Shown: positions 42,091 through 56,016 of the stretch, in pieces | Layout of the letters: each line of letters opens with the position of its first letter | Numbering within the stretch: position 1 is the stretch's first letter | Source: Eledone cirrhosa | Lineage: Eukaryota | Direction: 5' to 3' | Assembly: GCA_964016885.1 (NCBI GenBank) | Contig: OZ024740.1 | Location: forward strand, 377,766,001-377,830,000 | Length of the DNA: 64,000 nucleotides | Notes under the pieces: model-generated | What the model saw: only the letters and a program-made list of their open reading frames with translations | Told to the model about the DNA's origin: nothing | Databases searched by the model: none | Position numbers and translations under genes: made by a program

Positions 42091-43676
42091 GTAAACATCT
42101 ATAAGATTCTTTTTCATAATAAATTTATTTATTTATATCCACGTCATATATTGGCCAAAAACCTGGGCTGAATTTGTAGTAAAGCATACAGTTAAACATA
42201 ACAATTCAAGCAATTGCAGATAATTAATTTATAGGAAAGATTGGATGCCCTTCCTACCACTAATCATTCATCTATAAAATGATAAGGATATTTAAGTCAT
42301 CAAACTGAAACTAGCAGAGTAATATAATTGCCATGCAATTTTGCCAAAATAAAATTTGAACCTATCATATATGTGTGTACATATTTATATATATATATAT
42401 GTATATATCTTGTAATCAGTAAACCATCAACATAACATCACAATTATTTTAAGCATTCATAGGCTAGAAATGATACCTTGGATATCTGAATGAAAGCCAG
42501 GAGTTCTAAATATTGGACCAGATAAATGAAAGATATAACTTGACAAAAAAAAAAGATATCTATTCTGAGATTTTCATTTTCCTATATTCAATTTTTAATT
42601 TCAAATTGATTTTGTATTTTACTATTTATAGCTGCTCTATATTGAGGTATTACTGCCTTGTAGTTGAGATACTGAACTACATGCATAGTTAGAAGTTCAA
42701 ATCTTGCTTACATTGCTTCATTTTGATAGTTTCGTTAGAGGAGTTTTTATTCAAGGTTGAACTCTGCTAAAAAGATATATTTCCAATATTTCAACCAATT
42801 ATTCCTTTGGTTGTTTTAAAATTTCTTCAATAATTTGATTAATTGCATGTCAGTATATGCATTTTACACTGCACTTTGGCTGGTGTTTAATGTGTAGATG
42901 TATCAGATCCACACCATCAACCACTGCACCAGAGAAACAGATAAAGATTGCTAGCATAAGAACATGGTCATAAGTTCAGAGAGAGTCTAGTCAGTTAAAT
43001 CAGCTTAATACCTGACTGATATATTAATTTGTTAATACCAGAAGGATGAAAAGAACCCTGTTAAGATTTGCTCTCAGAATAGGAATGTTATTAAATATTG
43101 TAAGAGGATTTGTTCACCATTCCACTCTCCAATGGTGTAGATAAGAAATAATTTATTGGAATATTAGTCACATTTTAATTGTTGGTAGGGCTCTGTTCCT
43201 AAATACAGTTTCAAATAGCTATTTGGTGGAGCAGTTAGTCTGTTTTACTACCTTAACCATTAGTCTGGCTAAAACTACCTTAACCCTTTTAATACTCAAC
43301 TGCCTGAAACTATCTCTTGTTCTACAATATTAGTTTTTTTAACAATGATAACAAAGGCAAGTTATTTTACATATCTCATTCATTGTTTTACAATCATTTT
43401 GAAAGGTTGATCATATCAATATATTGACTGATCTATAGCAGTTACAGAACTATACTATCAGACATAATATATGGGTTCGATCATACCATCTTCGGAAACA
43501 ATGTCAATGAAATACAAACCTATGATTTTTGTACCTAATATCCAATGGAACCAATCACAGGATCTCACTGAACTACATTCTAACGGATTACATTGAGTTC
43601 TAACTACAGTATAGACCCTACCGCCAAAGGTAGACCACATTGAATATATTTATTTATTTATTTATATATATATATA

Positions 43677-43713
43677 ATAATTTAATAATGGTTCATACAT
43701 AAAATTATGATGG

Positions 43714-43763
<50 letters not shown>

Positions 43764-43800
43764 CCATCATAATTTTATGTATGAACCATTATTAAATTAT
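43677..43800. repeat. 124-bp perfect palindrome centred on (TA)n in RFC2 intron 5
   Basis: ATAATTTAATAATGGTTCATACATAAAATTATGATGGAAGG-(TA)n-CCTTCCATCATAATTTTATGTATGAACCATTATTAAATTAT. Confidence 0.92.
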
Positions 43801-44080
43801 GTTCCAAACACCAATTTTAAAATGAAAAAGTTATGAACTAAATCCTTCTAAATTTTTTATTATTTTCTAAATTTTTTATTATTTTCAAAATTATTTGAAA
43901 ATCATGGACAGTGTTTTTCATTTAAAAAATGGTAATGAAAGGATTAAAAAGCTAGTTATCAAAAAACTAAGACATTTTCCTAATATTAGTAGTACTTTAT
44001 TTCTGTTGAGATGTTTAGAAGATCGATCTCCCTACTTCAGAGATGTTGTTCATAGATTTTCTAATTTTTTTAATTTTCAG

Positions 44081-44238
44081 AACCAATACAGTCACGTTGT
44101 GCAGTGTTGCGGTATTCTCGACTGACAGATGCACAAGTTTTGTCACGATTATTGATTATTTGTGAAAAAGAAACAGTTAGTTATACAGATGATGGCTTGC
44201 AGGCTATTGTGTTTACAGCACAAGGTGACATGAGACAG
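44081..44238 (+). CDS. RFC2: RFC2 coding exon 6 (SRC motif, sensor 2)
   Basis: Acceptor ttttcag; (E)[52 protein letters not shown]; donor GTAGGA. Confidence 0.97.
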
Positions 44239-45578
44239 GTAGGAAGGAGAGAAATTTTTTTTTTTCTTTCTGTTACCTTCTATTTTTCTATGTTCATGTT
44301 GTTAGAGCAAGTAGTTTTATACTTAGATGTCTTTCCTACAACTTACTCTCAACTGTGAAGTCAAATTGATGCTTTATGTCAGCCATATATGCTGAGGTAG
44401 ACAGAAAGTTGTGTTTTGTCTAGATGCACAAAACTGGCAAAATAACATTAAAAAGTTTTGAACTTGGGCCACAATAAAATGCACTCAGCCCACTGTAAAA
44501 TGCACCCAATCTATTTTGTAATGTGATAGTGTTGGTACCATGATAAAATTGAGTTGATTGGATAATAAAACATGTAACATATACAAGTCAATATAGAGAA
44601 AGTAAAATGGTTGTCAAATTGAGGTGTTGAACAACTGAACATACAGTTGATCATTATCACCATAAGGATGGTGGATTGGCAGTATCGGTAGTGGGTCGGA
44701 CGCCATGCTTTCCAGCATAGTTACGTCCCTTTACGGTCTGAGTTCAAATCCCGTAGAGATTAACTTTACCTTTCATCCTTACATGGTCGATAAAATAAAG
44801 TACCAGTAATGCACTGGGCATATTGCCGGCCTTGTGCCAAAAGTAGAAACAATTATCACCATTACCGTTTTCCATACCTTGCTCCTATGACTGGATGTTT
44901 TTCCCAACATCAACCACTTTACAGTGTGTACAGAATGCATTTTATCATATCACCAGTACAACCACTTTAAAGAGAGGACTAGGTGCATCTTATAATGGCA
45001 CTAACACTACTAGAGAGGGCTGGGTGGATTTAATCACAAGCATTTCTATTTAGATTTATGATCATCAATCCCCTGTTTTATATCCATCTTTCTTATAACT
45101 CTTTAATTGTTAATGTTCATGCATTTTTATTTTTTACTCATACTTTGTACTGGGCACACATAAAATCTGACAATACTTTCAAGATTATATTTCTTATGAA
45201 ATATACTGCTCAGGTGTTACAAATAATTTTTAGGGGTATTTTAAATTAACTAAAGTTTCTAATATTACGTTGGTGTTTAGAAATAATAAATTAAAAAGAT
45301 TTTACCATGATAGATTTAAATTTAAATATGAATGCATTAAGACATGGTTTTATATCATAAAACCATATGTTATCTCGGGCAGATTGGTATCGAAAGGGTT
45401 AAACCATACAGTGTTCAGTCTGCATGAAAGCTAGATAAACTCATCACATCCTCTACAGTGACCCTTCAGGTGTCAAATATGTTTTTTTCTTTAAGGATTA
45501 TCTCTATATGTTGCATTTGTTCATCACTATTTCAAGTTCTACTCCTTTTTATACCATTTTCTTATTTTCTATTTTAAG

Positions 45579-45644
45579 GGATTAAATAACCTGCAGTCTA
45601 CTTTTCAAGGTTTTGGCCATGTTAATAGTGAAAATGTTTTCAAG
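45579..45644 (+). CDS. RFC2: RFC2 coding exon 7
   Basis: Acceptor ttttaag; GLNNLQSTFQGFGHVNSENVFK; donor GTAAGT. Confidence 0.95.
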
Positions 45645-46823
45645 GTAAGTGGTTTCTTTGGATATTAAACTTTTAGCATGACAATCATGCATGCTAATTA
45701 ATACTGTATTGATTTTAAATGTAACCCTCAAATACTCAATGAATATTGAACTGAATTGCTTTAACCCTTTATCATTTAAACTGGCCATATCCAGTGAGAA
45801 TTCTTTCACCTCTTTCTGTTCAAACTGGCTGTAACTGATGTTATGGTATTGTTCTTAAAATAAAAAATATCAAAATCTGATAGATTTCATATTATGTGAG
45901 GTAAAGCCTTTACCGGGAAAATATAATAGTAAATATATAGTAATGTAAATGCTAAAGGGTTAAATACAACCAGCAAAAATAAAAGCAGCAATTCTATATC
46001 TATCAACAATCCTGGTTGCCAAAGAAATAATACCATTATAAATACTACACTGATTGTGGAGATATAAAAATTATTTTCAGTTGTACCATTTTTGAATTCT
46101 ACTTTTGTGAATGTCTTCTAATGTCTACAAATACTGTGAATGTTCTGGTTCTGAAGCACTTTGTATTGAACTTGCTGTCTTCTAACAGCTAAATCATATC
46201 TGCAGTGTTCTTACCAAACAATATTAAATAGAAAGACAAGACTCACCTCCTCAGACAGAACATAGAATAAAGTGCAGTTTTGTGGCAAAAACTAACACTA
46301 ATTTGAAACATCAAGCAATAATGGTGTAGCTCAAATTTATCTGGACATAACACTTCACCTATTTCTATATTATTCTACAATACTGCAACAACGTTTTGTC
46401 ACTTAGATATTCTTCTCACTTCCAGTAATACTTTCATCCAAATGGAAATGGAAATCAAAGCCATTATAGTATCACTACCCCAAGTTCTCTGCCTTTTTAA
46501 CTATCCAGTCATACATTTTTATATTTCATACATATGTGGGTTTGCTGAATGGAATATTTGAGCAAAATGAAATCTCTCTGCCCCGACTTGTCTCAAACCA
46601 TGACATACCGTCCAACTTATGCCAAAGTGGAAAGTGTCCATAAAATTATGTGTGCGTGTATATATCACATCTATTTTTCATGTTTGCATATCTGTGTGTT
46701 GAAATAGTAATAGTATATCTACAATTGTTTATGAATATTTTTCTAACCAATCCACTATGGCAACAGTAATTTGATATGAGGTAGTTAACAGGACTTAATA
46801 GACTATCCTATATATCTTTTCAG

Positions 46824-47018
46824 GTCTGTGATGAACCACATCCTTTGCTAATAAAAGACATGCTGCAACATTGTATTGATGGAAACGTAGATAAATCCTA
46901 TCAGGTCATGTCACATCTCTGGAAACTAGGTTATGCTCCAGAAGACATTATTGGAATTGTGTTTCGTGTTTGTAAAACTATCAACATGGCAGAATATCTT
47001 AAGCTAGAATTCATTAAG
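46824..47018 (+). CDS. RFC2: RFC2 coding exon 8
   Basis: Acceptor ttttcag; [17 protein letters not shown]...[13 protein letters not shown]...EYLKLEFIK; donor GTCTGT. Confidence 0.96.
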
Positions 47019-48016
47019 GTCTGTTCCTATCAGCATTGCTTTCTTTTATTTACATATATATATATATATCATCATCATCATCATCGTTTAACGTCCACTT
47101 TCCATGCTAGCATGGGTTATATATAAGCATGTATGCATCATCATCATCATCATCATCACTGCTTAACGTCCAATTTTCCATGCTGGCATGGGTTATGTAT
47201 ATCTAAAGCCTATTCTCATCCTCTCTCGCAATAGAAAGTCAAATCCAATCAACCCATCTTCCAGAACCTTCCACCATCAATGTTTGAACAATGAAACGAA
47301 GAACATGTGAAATTGTAGGGTTGCTAGACACTGGAAGCCTTTCAGCATTGGCCAACATGTCCATTGAAATAACCAGCTTTGATTATAAAGTCTCCATCGC
47401 TTATTAAAGAAAGAATCTGCTTAAGTGTCTCATAAAAGTGGTTTTCCAGTTCATGTGTCAGTCCTGATTGTGGTGTTCTGGAATCATCATTATCATCGTT
47501 GCTGTTTAACTTCTATTGTCCAACCTTGCATTTTTTATTAGTTATTGGAATGTAAAATATCTGCTCACAACGCTATTACAAGGATCTGCTAGTGGCATCT
47601 CATTTGCAAGTGGAGCCAGTTCATGCAAAAAACATCTCTGGTTTTCAGGTTTAAAATTCATGACATTATTTTTTATCTCAGTCAAGAACCAAACAATCAT
47701 TTTGCACTAGTTTACTCATGTTAAATGATCTTATCAGTTTAGGAGATATTTGTGCTACATAAGTTCAAGAGCTGATGGCACTATTCAAAACATTTGGTTG
47801 GTTTGCATCAGAACTTAATTAGAACTATATCCCAGACAATTTTGGCATGGTTTCTACAACTTAATGGTAGTCGTTCAGAATGGCATCCAGATTGTAGAAA
47901 CTACTTTATAGAGTGCATTTTTTCACTTATGAAATTTGAATTATGTTCATATATTTGTTTATAGCTCTTGCTTCTGTTTATTAAATTTACTGTAATTTAT
48001 TTTGCCTCTATTGTAG

Positions 48017-48133
48017 GAGATTGGTTATACACATATGCGAATTGTCCAAGGTGTTAATACTTTGCTACAATTGTCTGCTCTCCTGGCCAGACTCTGTAAA
48101 ATTTCTGCCATATCAAATGAAGATTCACAATAA
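48017..48133 (+). CDS. RFC2: RFC2 coding exon 9 (last, with stop)
   Basis: Acceptor ttgtag; [38 protein letters not shown]; exon phases join into a 1044-nt ORF; AATAAA at 48192-48197. Confidence 0.96.
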   Translation, partial: EIGYTHMRIVQGVNTLLQLSALLARLCKISAISNEDSQ

Positions 48134-51100
48134 ACTCAACAGGCATTTTGAATAATGGAAAGACTTGATTGAATTTCATTGATAATTTGTTAATAAAGGA
48201 AAAGGTGTTGTTTTTTACATACATGTTTTTTTCTCGATTCCCCTTATTTTAAAGGATTAAATATGTTTTCAACTTCAAGAATTTCATTTTCATAAAACTT
48301 CTATATTCCAACTTCCAGACAACATAATAGTTGTCTTTTAAAATACAAGGTATGTTTTGTCACATTTATGTTCATCCTATTTTGGTATTTAGTTGGAGTT
48401 AATTGTTTGGCCTGGATGAAGGAGCTATGCCCATGGTTCTCACAAACTTGGTGAGATCAATACAGTTGATGTTCTTGAATAACCAAAACTTAATGACTGT
48501 TGGAGAAGAGTATAATCAGAATGCGAATTTCCAGAGAGATGGTCTTCCATGAAAAGTGGTTAATACAGATGTATTGGAGTAGACTCAAAGAAGATGGTGA
48601 GAGACAAGTGAGTCATGACACTTAGATAGAGGTGCCATGAGGTCAACCAGTTCCAAGGAGTCAGAAACTACTGCTGTAGAAAAGTCAGAGTGAGGAGATA
48701 GCACATCTGTATGTTAGACATTGGGGTATTCCAGCAAGCAACTTGATACCAAATAGTCGGTTGACTTTATTTTAGATGCTGTTTAGGATGTCTATGTCTA
48801 GATACAGTAACATTATCCCAGACATTGGAGCAATACTGCATTATGGGTTTTGCTTAAGCTTTGTAATGGTTGATGCGAGGACTGGAGAGGAATGTCAATA
48901 TTTGCTATGTTGATATGGTGAGGCCAAGTGTTTATAGTAACATTGAGTGTTGTTGGAGGATGGGGTTTATAAGTAAATGTAAACAATTGAATGGGTAGCA
49001 CCTGTGCCACAATGAAAGGTGGTAAGTACTGGTGCCATGACAAAAAGAACCTAGTCCACCCTGTAAAGTGGTAGTGGTGGAGTTATGATGAAAGGCTCTC
49101 AATACACACTGTATAATAGTTGGTGTTAAGAAGGGTATCCAGTTATAGAAACTATGCTCCCAGTATACATTTTAAAGTAATTTGCATTTGGAAGGGCATC
49201 CAGCCAAAGCAGGATGTGGTCACCTGACCAGTCTAACTCGTGCAAGCATGGAAAATAGACTCTAAACAGTGATGATACCTCATTTCATCTTTGAATATAA
49301 AGGCACTGACTGAATTAAAGGAGAAAGACTATTGACTCTGTGAACATAATTTCAAACTTCACTGCAACTTTTCTTCTGGTCCCTGTACAAGGGCATGTAC
49401 TGTTTTATGTCTTAATTTGCTTGAAAAGGAAAACAGGTTCCACTTCAGTCAGGTGGTTAGTAGTTGCATTCAACAATAAATCATTGATCAAACAAGTTAT
49501 ATATTATCATGGAAAAAACAGTAAGAAATTGATTTGGCAGGAGGTTACATAGGTGCAGGACAAGTGAAGGGTGATATAAAGTAGTAGACCATGTATGTAT
49601 ACATACATCTTACCTTGGGCATTTTAAGCCTAGTGGAGCCCAGACCTGAGTGCAGCAGATTTCCAGAGAAAGATAGAAAGTGAGAGAGGAAATGAGGAAG
49701 AATCGACCCCAGTACTAAACTAATACTTTTTTTTTTATTGACTTCAAAAGGATGAAAGGCAAAGTTGACTTCGGCAGGATTTATACTCAGAGAAAAGCAT
49801 TCTATCTGACGTTCTAATGACTGCCAATTCGCCACCAGTGGACTATAATTCATCTAAATAAATATACATTGTCATATCTATATATATTTAGTCTTACTGT
49901 GAAATTGGGACAATGGTGGCCTTTTTGGCTGCTAGATATGAAGATTGAACAGGCCAGTTTTGTTGTTATTTAACAACTAATCAGGAATCACTTATCTCTC
50001 TCTGCCAAGACTCCAAGCAGTTAAAAAGACCTAATTTCACAGTGAGATATATGGATATCATCCTCTTCATTTTACATTTGGTTTTCTATGCTGACATGAG
50101 TTGGATGGGTTTCACAGCTTTGTGATCCTTCATCATTTGGTATACACTAACACAGAAAACTAGTTTTGTTTGTTTCCTTTCTGTCTTAATTTCTTTCTTT
50201 TGCATGCTCTTTACAGTAAGGATTAGATTCATTTTACTGCCCCACCAACACTGGAAAGGACAATGAATTAAAAGAAATATTAGTATCTTAGCTTGTTTAG
50301 CCCCATTCCACACTGTTTCGAGAGCAAAAACAGCTATGGCCAACTAGGCTTTCATCTCTTCAAAAGCGGTGATATAGGTACACGCATCCTATGAAAAAAA
50401 TCATGGTGGTTTAGTTAGAAGAAATCTTTAATGTACATACTGCTATTTTTGTTGCACCAGATCGATTGGAAGTATGATCAAAGGCGTCCCAGCTGTTACC
50501 ATCTTCATCATCAGTTTACGTCCGCTTTTCCCTGCTTGCAAGGGCGGGACGGGAACTGATTCTGGCTTGATTTCTACAGCTGGATGCCCTTCCTAACACC
50601 AACCTCATTTACAGTGAGTGCTGGGTGCTTTTTTTTCGTGGCACCTCCACGACCACTTTGCAATGGAATGATAGGGACCCGAGTCCCTATCATCTCATTT
50701 CTACAGCTGAGTAAACTGGAGCAATGTGAAATAAAGTGTCTTGCTCAAGGAAACAACACATCACCCGGTCTGAGAATTGAACACACAATCTTTCGATTGC
50801 AAGGGCAATGTTCTAACCACTAAGCCATGTGCCTCCATATAGTTTTATATATTTATATCTATGTGTGTGTGCTTGTACACAAACATTGTCAAGATTTGTG
50901 TTCCTTTTTTAATGCTATAGCGTCAAGGAAGACGATTTTACGTGTTATTTCTACAAGATCGATAAACTACGTAGTGATTCTTTTGTTGGTCTGTAGAAAT
51001 TCCCTTATTGACTGTCTTATAAGATGAAATAAAGGTACCAATCACAGTATCATTGTTCTAAGATTTAACTGCAATAACATAATTCTAATTATTATATTAA

Positions 51101-51299
51101 AACAAAAAATACATTACTATCCAATCTAAAATAAAAATGCGTAACAAGGGTAAGAAATACGATGTTACTATATATAATTTAAAAGTTGTCTCCCTTGGAA
51201 AGCAATGTTTGTCTTTCTAAAGAATAGGTGTTTTCAATATGTATGCATTTGACGATCGTTATTAACCAGTCTATAAATAGGCTCCATACTATCTATTTG

Positions 51300-51660
51300 T
51301 ATTCAGTTATGACACGAGATTGTGGAATGTTGCGATTTTTACAATGGTTGTTAAATTCGAGCAACGTGTTTGCAACAAATTTTGTATGAAATTCGGCAAA
51401 TCTCTTTCAACGACCCTCAAAATATTTCGTCCGACTTGGGTGGCATGCGTGTTTCGAGGTCAACCGTGTGCTAGTTAAAGATGATGGGCGTTTAGGATGA
51501 CCAATCAATAGCAAAAGGACAGAAATGTGGAAAACATTCGTGAACTCAACCATAAAAGTCCATCTTTTAACCATACACCAGATCTCTTACATAGTTATTA
51601 TGGAACCTGCCACAAAATAATCGCAGAAATCCTGAACATGCATCACGTATCTACTCTTGT
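51300..51660 (+). mobile_element. Mariner-like transposase N-terminal relic
   Basis: EQRVCNKFCMKFGKS and DDGRLG*P resemble the mariner HTH region; heavily decayed. Confidence 0.5.
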
Positions 51661-51779
51661 CATTCGATCAAAAGTAGCAACATTTTGGCGTATGTTTTGA
51701 GTTTCGTGAGAAGGCTAACGATGATTCCCCTTATACTGAGTATATTTACGGATGTCTCTGGTGTATAGGAGGTGCATCT

Positions 51780-52385
51780 GGCAGCAGTGACTAATCTCTC
51801 GGAGGCAATTAAAGAGCTCAAATGTGGCAAGGCCGATGGGGAAGATGAAATCCGGCCCGAGATGTTAAGAGCCTTAAATAGTGAAGGTATTCTCAAGCTG
51901 ATTCGGGTGTGGCCTGGATCTCAGGAAAGGCACCTAATCAATGGCAATTGAGAATTATAATCCCAATTTTCAAAAAGGGAGACAAGAGAGATTGCTCTAA
52001 TTATAGAGTGATCTCCTTATTAATCCTCCTCGGTAAAAGTCTATGCTAAGTGTCTGGCAAAGAGATGTAGAGAGATTGTCGAGTTCAAACTAGCTGATGA
52101 ACAGTGCGGCTTTCGCTCCGGACGCAGCACAGCCGACCAAATATTCCCACTGCGGCAGGTCTTCAAGAAATTGTGAGAATATTACTATGAGATATAATCT
52201 TGTTTTGTAAATCTCGAAAAGGCATGTGACCGCGTTTCTCGAGAACTGCTGTGGAAGGGCCTGCAGGAGTATGGGATCGATGGTCAGCTTCTTGTTGCTC
52301 TGATGTCTCTATACGAATGCCTGAGTATTTGTATTCGGATAAATGGTGCTAGATCGAAACCATTCAATGAGGGAGTCCGACAAGG
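51780..52385 (+). mobile_element. RTE/Rex3-like RT fragment
   Basis: [22 protein letters not shown]...NYRVISL, EQCGFRSGRSTADQIF, FVNLEKA, GVRQG. Confidence 0.82.
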
Positions 52386-53029
52386 AAACTTCGTAGGTTT
52401 TTTTAATGGCTCTGATTTGACTGAAAGAGATGGGATATTTTAGTATCACACATAACTGTTTCTACTTTTGGCACAAGGCCAGCAATTATCCCAGTGCATT
52501 ACTGGTACTTTATTTTATCGTCCCGTAAGGATGAAAGACCAAGTTAACCTCGGCAGGATTTGAACTCAGACCGTAAAGGGGCGTAACTCTATGCTGCAAA
52601 GCATGGCATCTGACCCTCTACTGATACTGCCAATCCACCGCCCTCACACAAGTCATTTCTTTAGCAATGAATCAGTGGAGCGCTTGACATCGTATTTTGA
52701 GGTCGAGACTTTTTTTTTTTAAGTGGTGACTCGATCAATCAAACACAGTGAAATTTTCGTTTGTAATATAACGTGGGACGTTGTGGAAAAGTAACAAGTC
52801 GGAATACGATATCTGGTTAATCAGTTCGGTATTAAAAAAAATATTAGAATGTTTGGAAACTACCCGAACATAGAAAAATACTGAAGCCGTTTTGGAACAG
52901 TCTTCATCGTTCAACATCGAAGCATGAGGTTGCACAAGACATTTTAAATCATGGTGTGCACCTAAATTTAAATTTTTGGTAAATTTATAGAACACCCCTC
53001 TCGATTTCAGAGGGAAATATTTCATTTTT

Positions 53030-53602
53030 TTTTTTTTTTTTCGTGTGCTATCAACCTCCGAATACGCCGCAATTGACTTTTTTCCCCGGGAAACTGAGAG
53101 GGTGCGGGGTATTTGGATTCAACCCCGCACCCTCCTACCCCATTTTCATTACCTTTTTTTTTCATTTTTTTTTTTTTGTTATCAATAAATCTGATCTCCA
53201 AACCAGTCGGAAGCGACTAGCTTTATAAGAAAGGGAGGGGGGGAAGAGGGTAGAACTTCGGAGTTTCGCATATCTACAACCCTCGTGCGTTTGATGGGAA
53301 ATGTTTTCATGTTTTATTTTTATTTTATTTTTTTGCGTGTAATCAACGAATCTAACCTCCTAACACGCCACCCTAAGCCTAAACCCTAACCTCTAAACTT
53401 AACCCTAACCCATAAACCTAGCCGTAACCCTAACACTAACCCTAACCCAATCCTAACACTAACGCTTCCGAGATTTATCGTGCGGTACAGTTAACTAAAA
53501 AATGAATAATATTACACACACCCTTCCCCCTCCGTTTTCCGGTGAAGAAAGTCTTTCGAGGCATGTTCAGAGGTCAGATTAGTTCATAGCACACGAAAAA
53601 AG
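53030..53602. mobile_element. Element with inverted termini and degenerate (CCCTAA)n
   Basis: TTTTTTCGTGTGCTAT / ATAGCACACGAAAAAA; telomere-like hexamers at 53371-53463. Confidence 0.55.
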
Positions 53603-53649
53603 AAAAGAAGAAACGAAGAACAATAATTATTTCCCACTGAAAGGGGTGT

Positions 53650-54200
53650 TCTTTTATAATGATACTAAATTTCCATCCTTATGAAATTATGATTATGCAA
53701 GAAATATATCTATCTAATTGGGAGAGCCGCAAAACGTCTGCAGAAATCATGTTCGGAATGCAGATAGATGATATGGCTCTTTTCATCATTGACGAAGCAT
53801 ATTTCCATCTGCCTGGTTGCTTATATAAGCAAAACGTCCGCTATGGCGTCTCTTTCATCGCGAACGAGTAATAGTGCGGTGCTGTGTGGCAAACTTTGTT
53901 GTGATAGGCTCATATTTTCTCTGAAAAGGGCGGACATGCAGTAACAGTAAATTCTGATCGCTACATGTTCATGTTGTCCAACTTCCTTTTCCCAGAATTA
54001 AACATACGTGTCATTAATACACGACACATTTAAAGAAGACCGTCTATTCAGCAAGAACTTCCTTGTGTATTTATGAAAGAAATGTTTATCGGCCGTGTCA
54101 TTTTCCAGCGTGGTGATGTGTCATGGCTTGCTCAATCGTCTGACGTTTCGATTTTTGATTATTTTCATTGGGGAAGCCCCCAACGGAAAGTTCGTTATAA
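53650..54200 (+). mobile_element. Tc1/mariner-superfamily transposase relic; related fragment 58630-58900(-)
   Basis: DEAYFHL.G..KQNVRY, GSYFL, VTVNSDRY, WLAQSSDVSIFDYFHWG (WPxxSPDL-like). Confidence 0.7.
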
Positions 54201-55129
54201 TCTGTGCACAACGGATGAATCAGAAAACTGCCAATTGCTGAGATTTTAAGATAACCCACAGATCAGATTCACGAAAGAAATATAAAACAGATTATGAAAA
54301 TATCAAGTTTAGATAGATATATAAATGTATTTTATTTACTGTTATATGAAGATTACAATAAGTAAACGATTCGTTATTACATTTTTTTCTTTTCAAGTAT
54401 TTTTTACTTACTGATCCATCTTCCATGTCCTTGATTAATACGTTTCTAGGCTCCAGCGCAGTGCATTTCATATCATTTTAAATAATAAGTTGCTTTGCAA
54501 GTATTGTATTTTTTTTACAGTCACTGCTTTTATATGATTTAGTGTTTCTTCTTTTGGCATATACTGACGAATGTGAGATTAAATTGGATAACAAATCATA
54601 TTTTCAGTTATGAAGTGAATTGTTAAAATGTCTTTTAAGTTGTATCAGTGTTTAAAACATTTTTTCTACAGGATTTAGTAAATTGTCTGCTGTTAAACGA
54701 TAAATCCTCCATTGATCATCAAGATCATTTAGTCTGGTTTACTGGCACAATAGTTAGAAAATGATCAATTAGTGAAATGATAGTGTTCATGATCTACTTG
54801 TAAGTATAATACTTTTAATTTTAAAAATACCAATAATTTCATCTTCACTGAAATGAAACCTCTTTATTATTTGAATACAAAGATAGGGCGGTGGATTGGC
54901 AGAATCGGTAGAGCGTCGGACGTTATGCTTCGCGACATAGTTACGGCCCTTTACGCACTGACTTCAAATCCTGCCGAAGTTAGCTTTGCCTTTCATCCTT
55001 ACGGGGTCGATAAAATAAAGTACCAGTCACGCACGGAGGTCGATTTAATCGACTTACCTCTTCCCACAAATATTGTTGGCCTTGTGCCTATAGTAGAAAT
55101 CATTATTTGAATACAAAGTTCCACAAGGA

Positions 55130-55700
55130 ATTTCAAATAATCAATTTCGTCATCAAATGATAAATATGCTAAAATAAATATCATCGATGCTTTTGTTGTT
55201 ATTTCCATTGTTTGTCTTCGGTAATTCGTCTTTAATAAAGAAACTCGGGAGAATTTTGTGTTCGAATGATATCATTAAATAATAAAGACGCGACCTGAAA
55301 TTTTCAGATTGGAATTCAACATTCAATAAATTCATCTTCTGTATCAAATACTGAAGGGAATGAAGCATGTCCTTGGTTCCGATTTTTTAATAATAAAGTT
55401 ACTTGGCATCACCAGCGTTGTCAACTTTCAATTAAATTTGGAAATAAGGAAGTGAAGCATCAAATTGTTCTAATATCAATGAATGAAACCATTCATTGAT
55501 ATACAAAATGCAAATTTTGGCATTTTATGGCAAATTGTTGCAATCACTTTCTGAACAAGTATAGAAGTCCCATGGTGACTTGGAAATGTTAAATCTTTTT
55601 AGAAAGTTTCTACTGACAGTGTGACTCGCATAAAGACCGTAAGAATGATAGTTGCATTGCAATAATAAAAGCAGAAACGACATCATCTTTCGATAATTTC
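55130..55700 (-). mobile_element. hAT-like transposase relic
   Basis: LQYLIQKMNLLNVEFQSE resembles the hAT L..LN..FQ motif; many stops. Confidence 0.45.
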
Positions 55701-55822
55701 TGGAACCTATTTTTGGTGTACGAAATGTAAGAACAATTATTATTTACGAATTCAGTATTTTCTAAAGGAATATTTCACGTAATATAGATTTGACAGCACT
55801 GTCAAAACCAAGAGCCGTTCAA

Positions 55823-56016
55823 CAGACCTGTCAACTCTCTCCGTTCGACGGGGAGATCTCCCACCCACTTTGGGGTGGGTGAGAGATGTCTTCTCTTGTG
55901 AAAAAGGGTATAGCTTTCATTATGTAAAATCTCCCCATTTTGCCTCATTTCTCCCTGTTTGGGGGCACTTTTTTCACGGTACTCCCCGTTTGGGTTTTTA
56001 GAGTTTGGCAGGTCTG
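55823..56016. mobile_element. ~195-bp MITE with CAGACCTG TIRs; second copy 62637-62830
   Basis: CAGACCTGTCAACTC / GAGTTTGGCAGGTCTG; 7-bp direct repeat CGTTCAA flanks the first copy. Confidence 0.8.
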
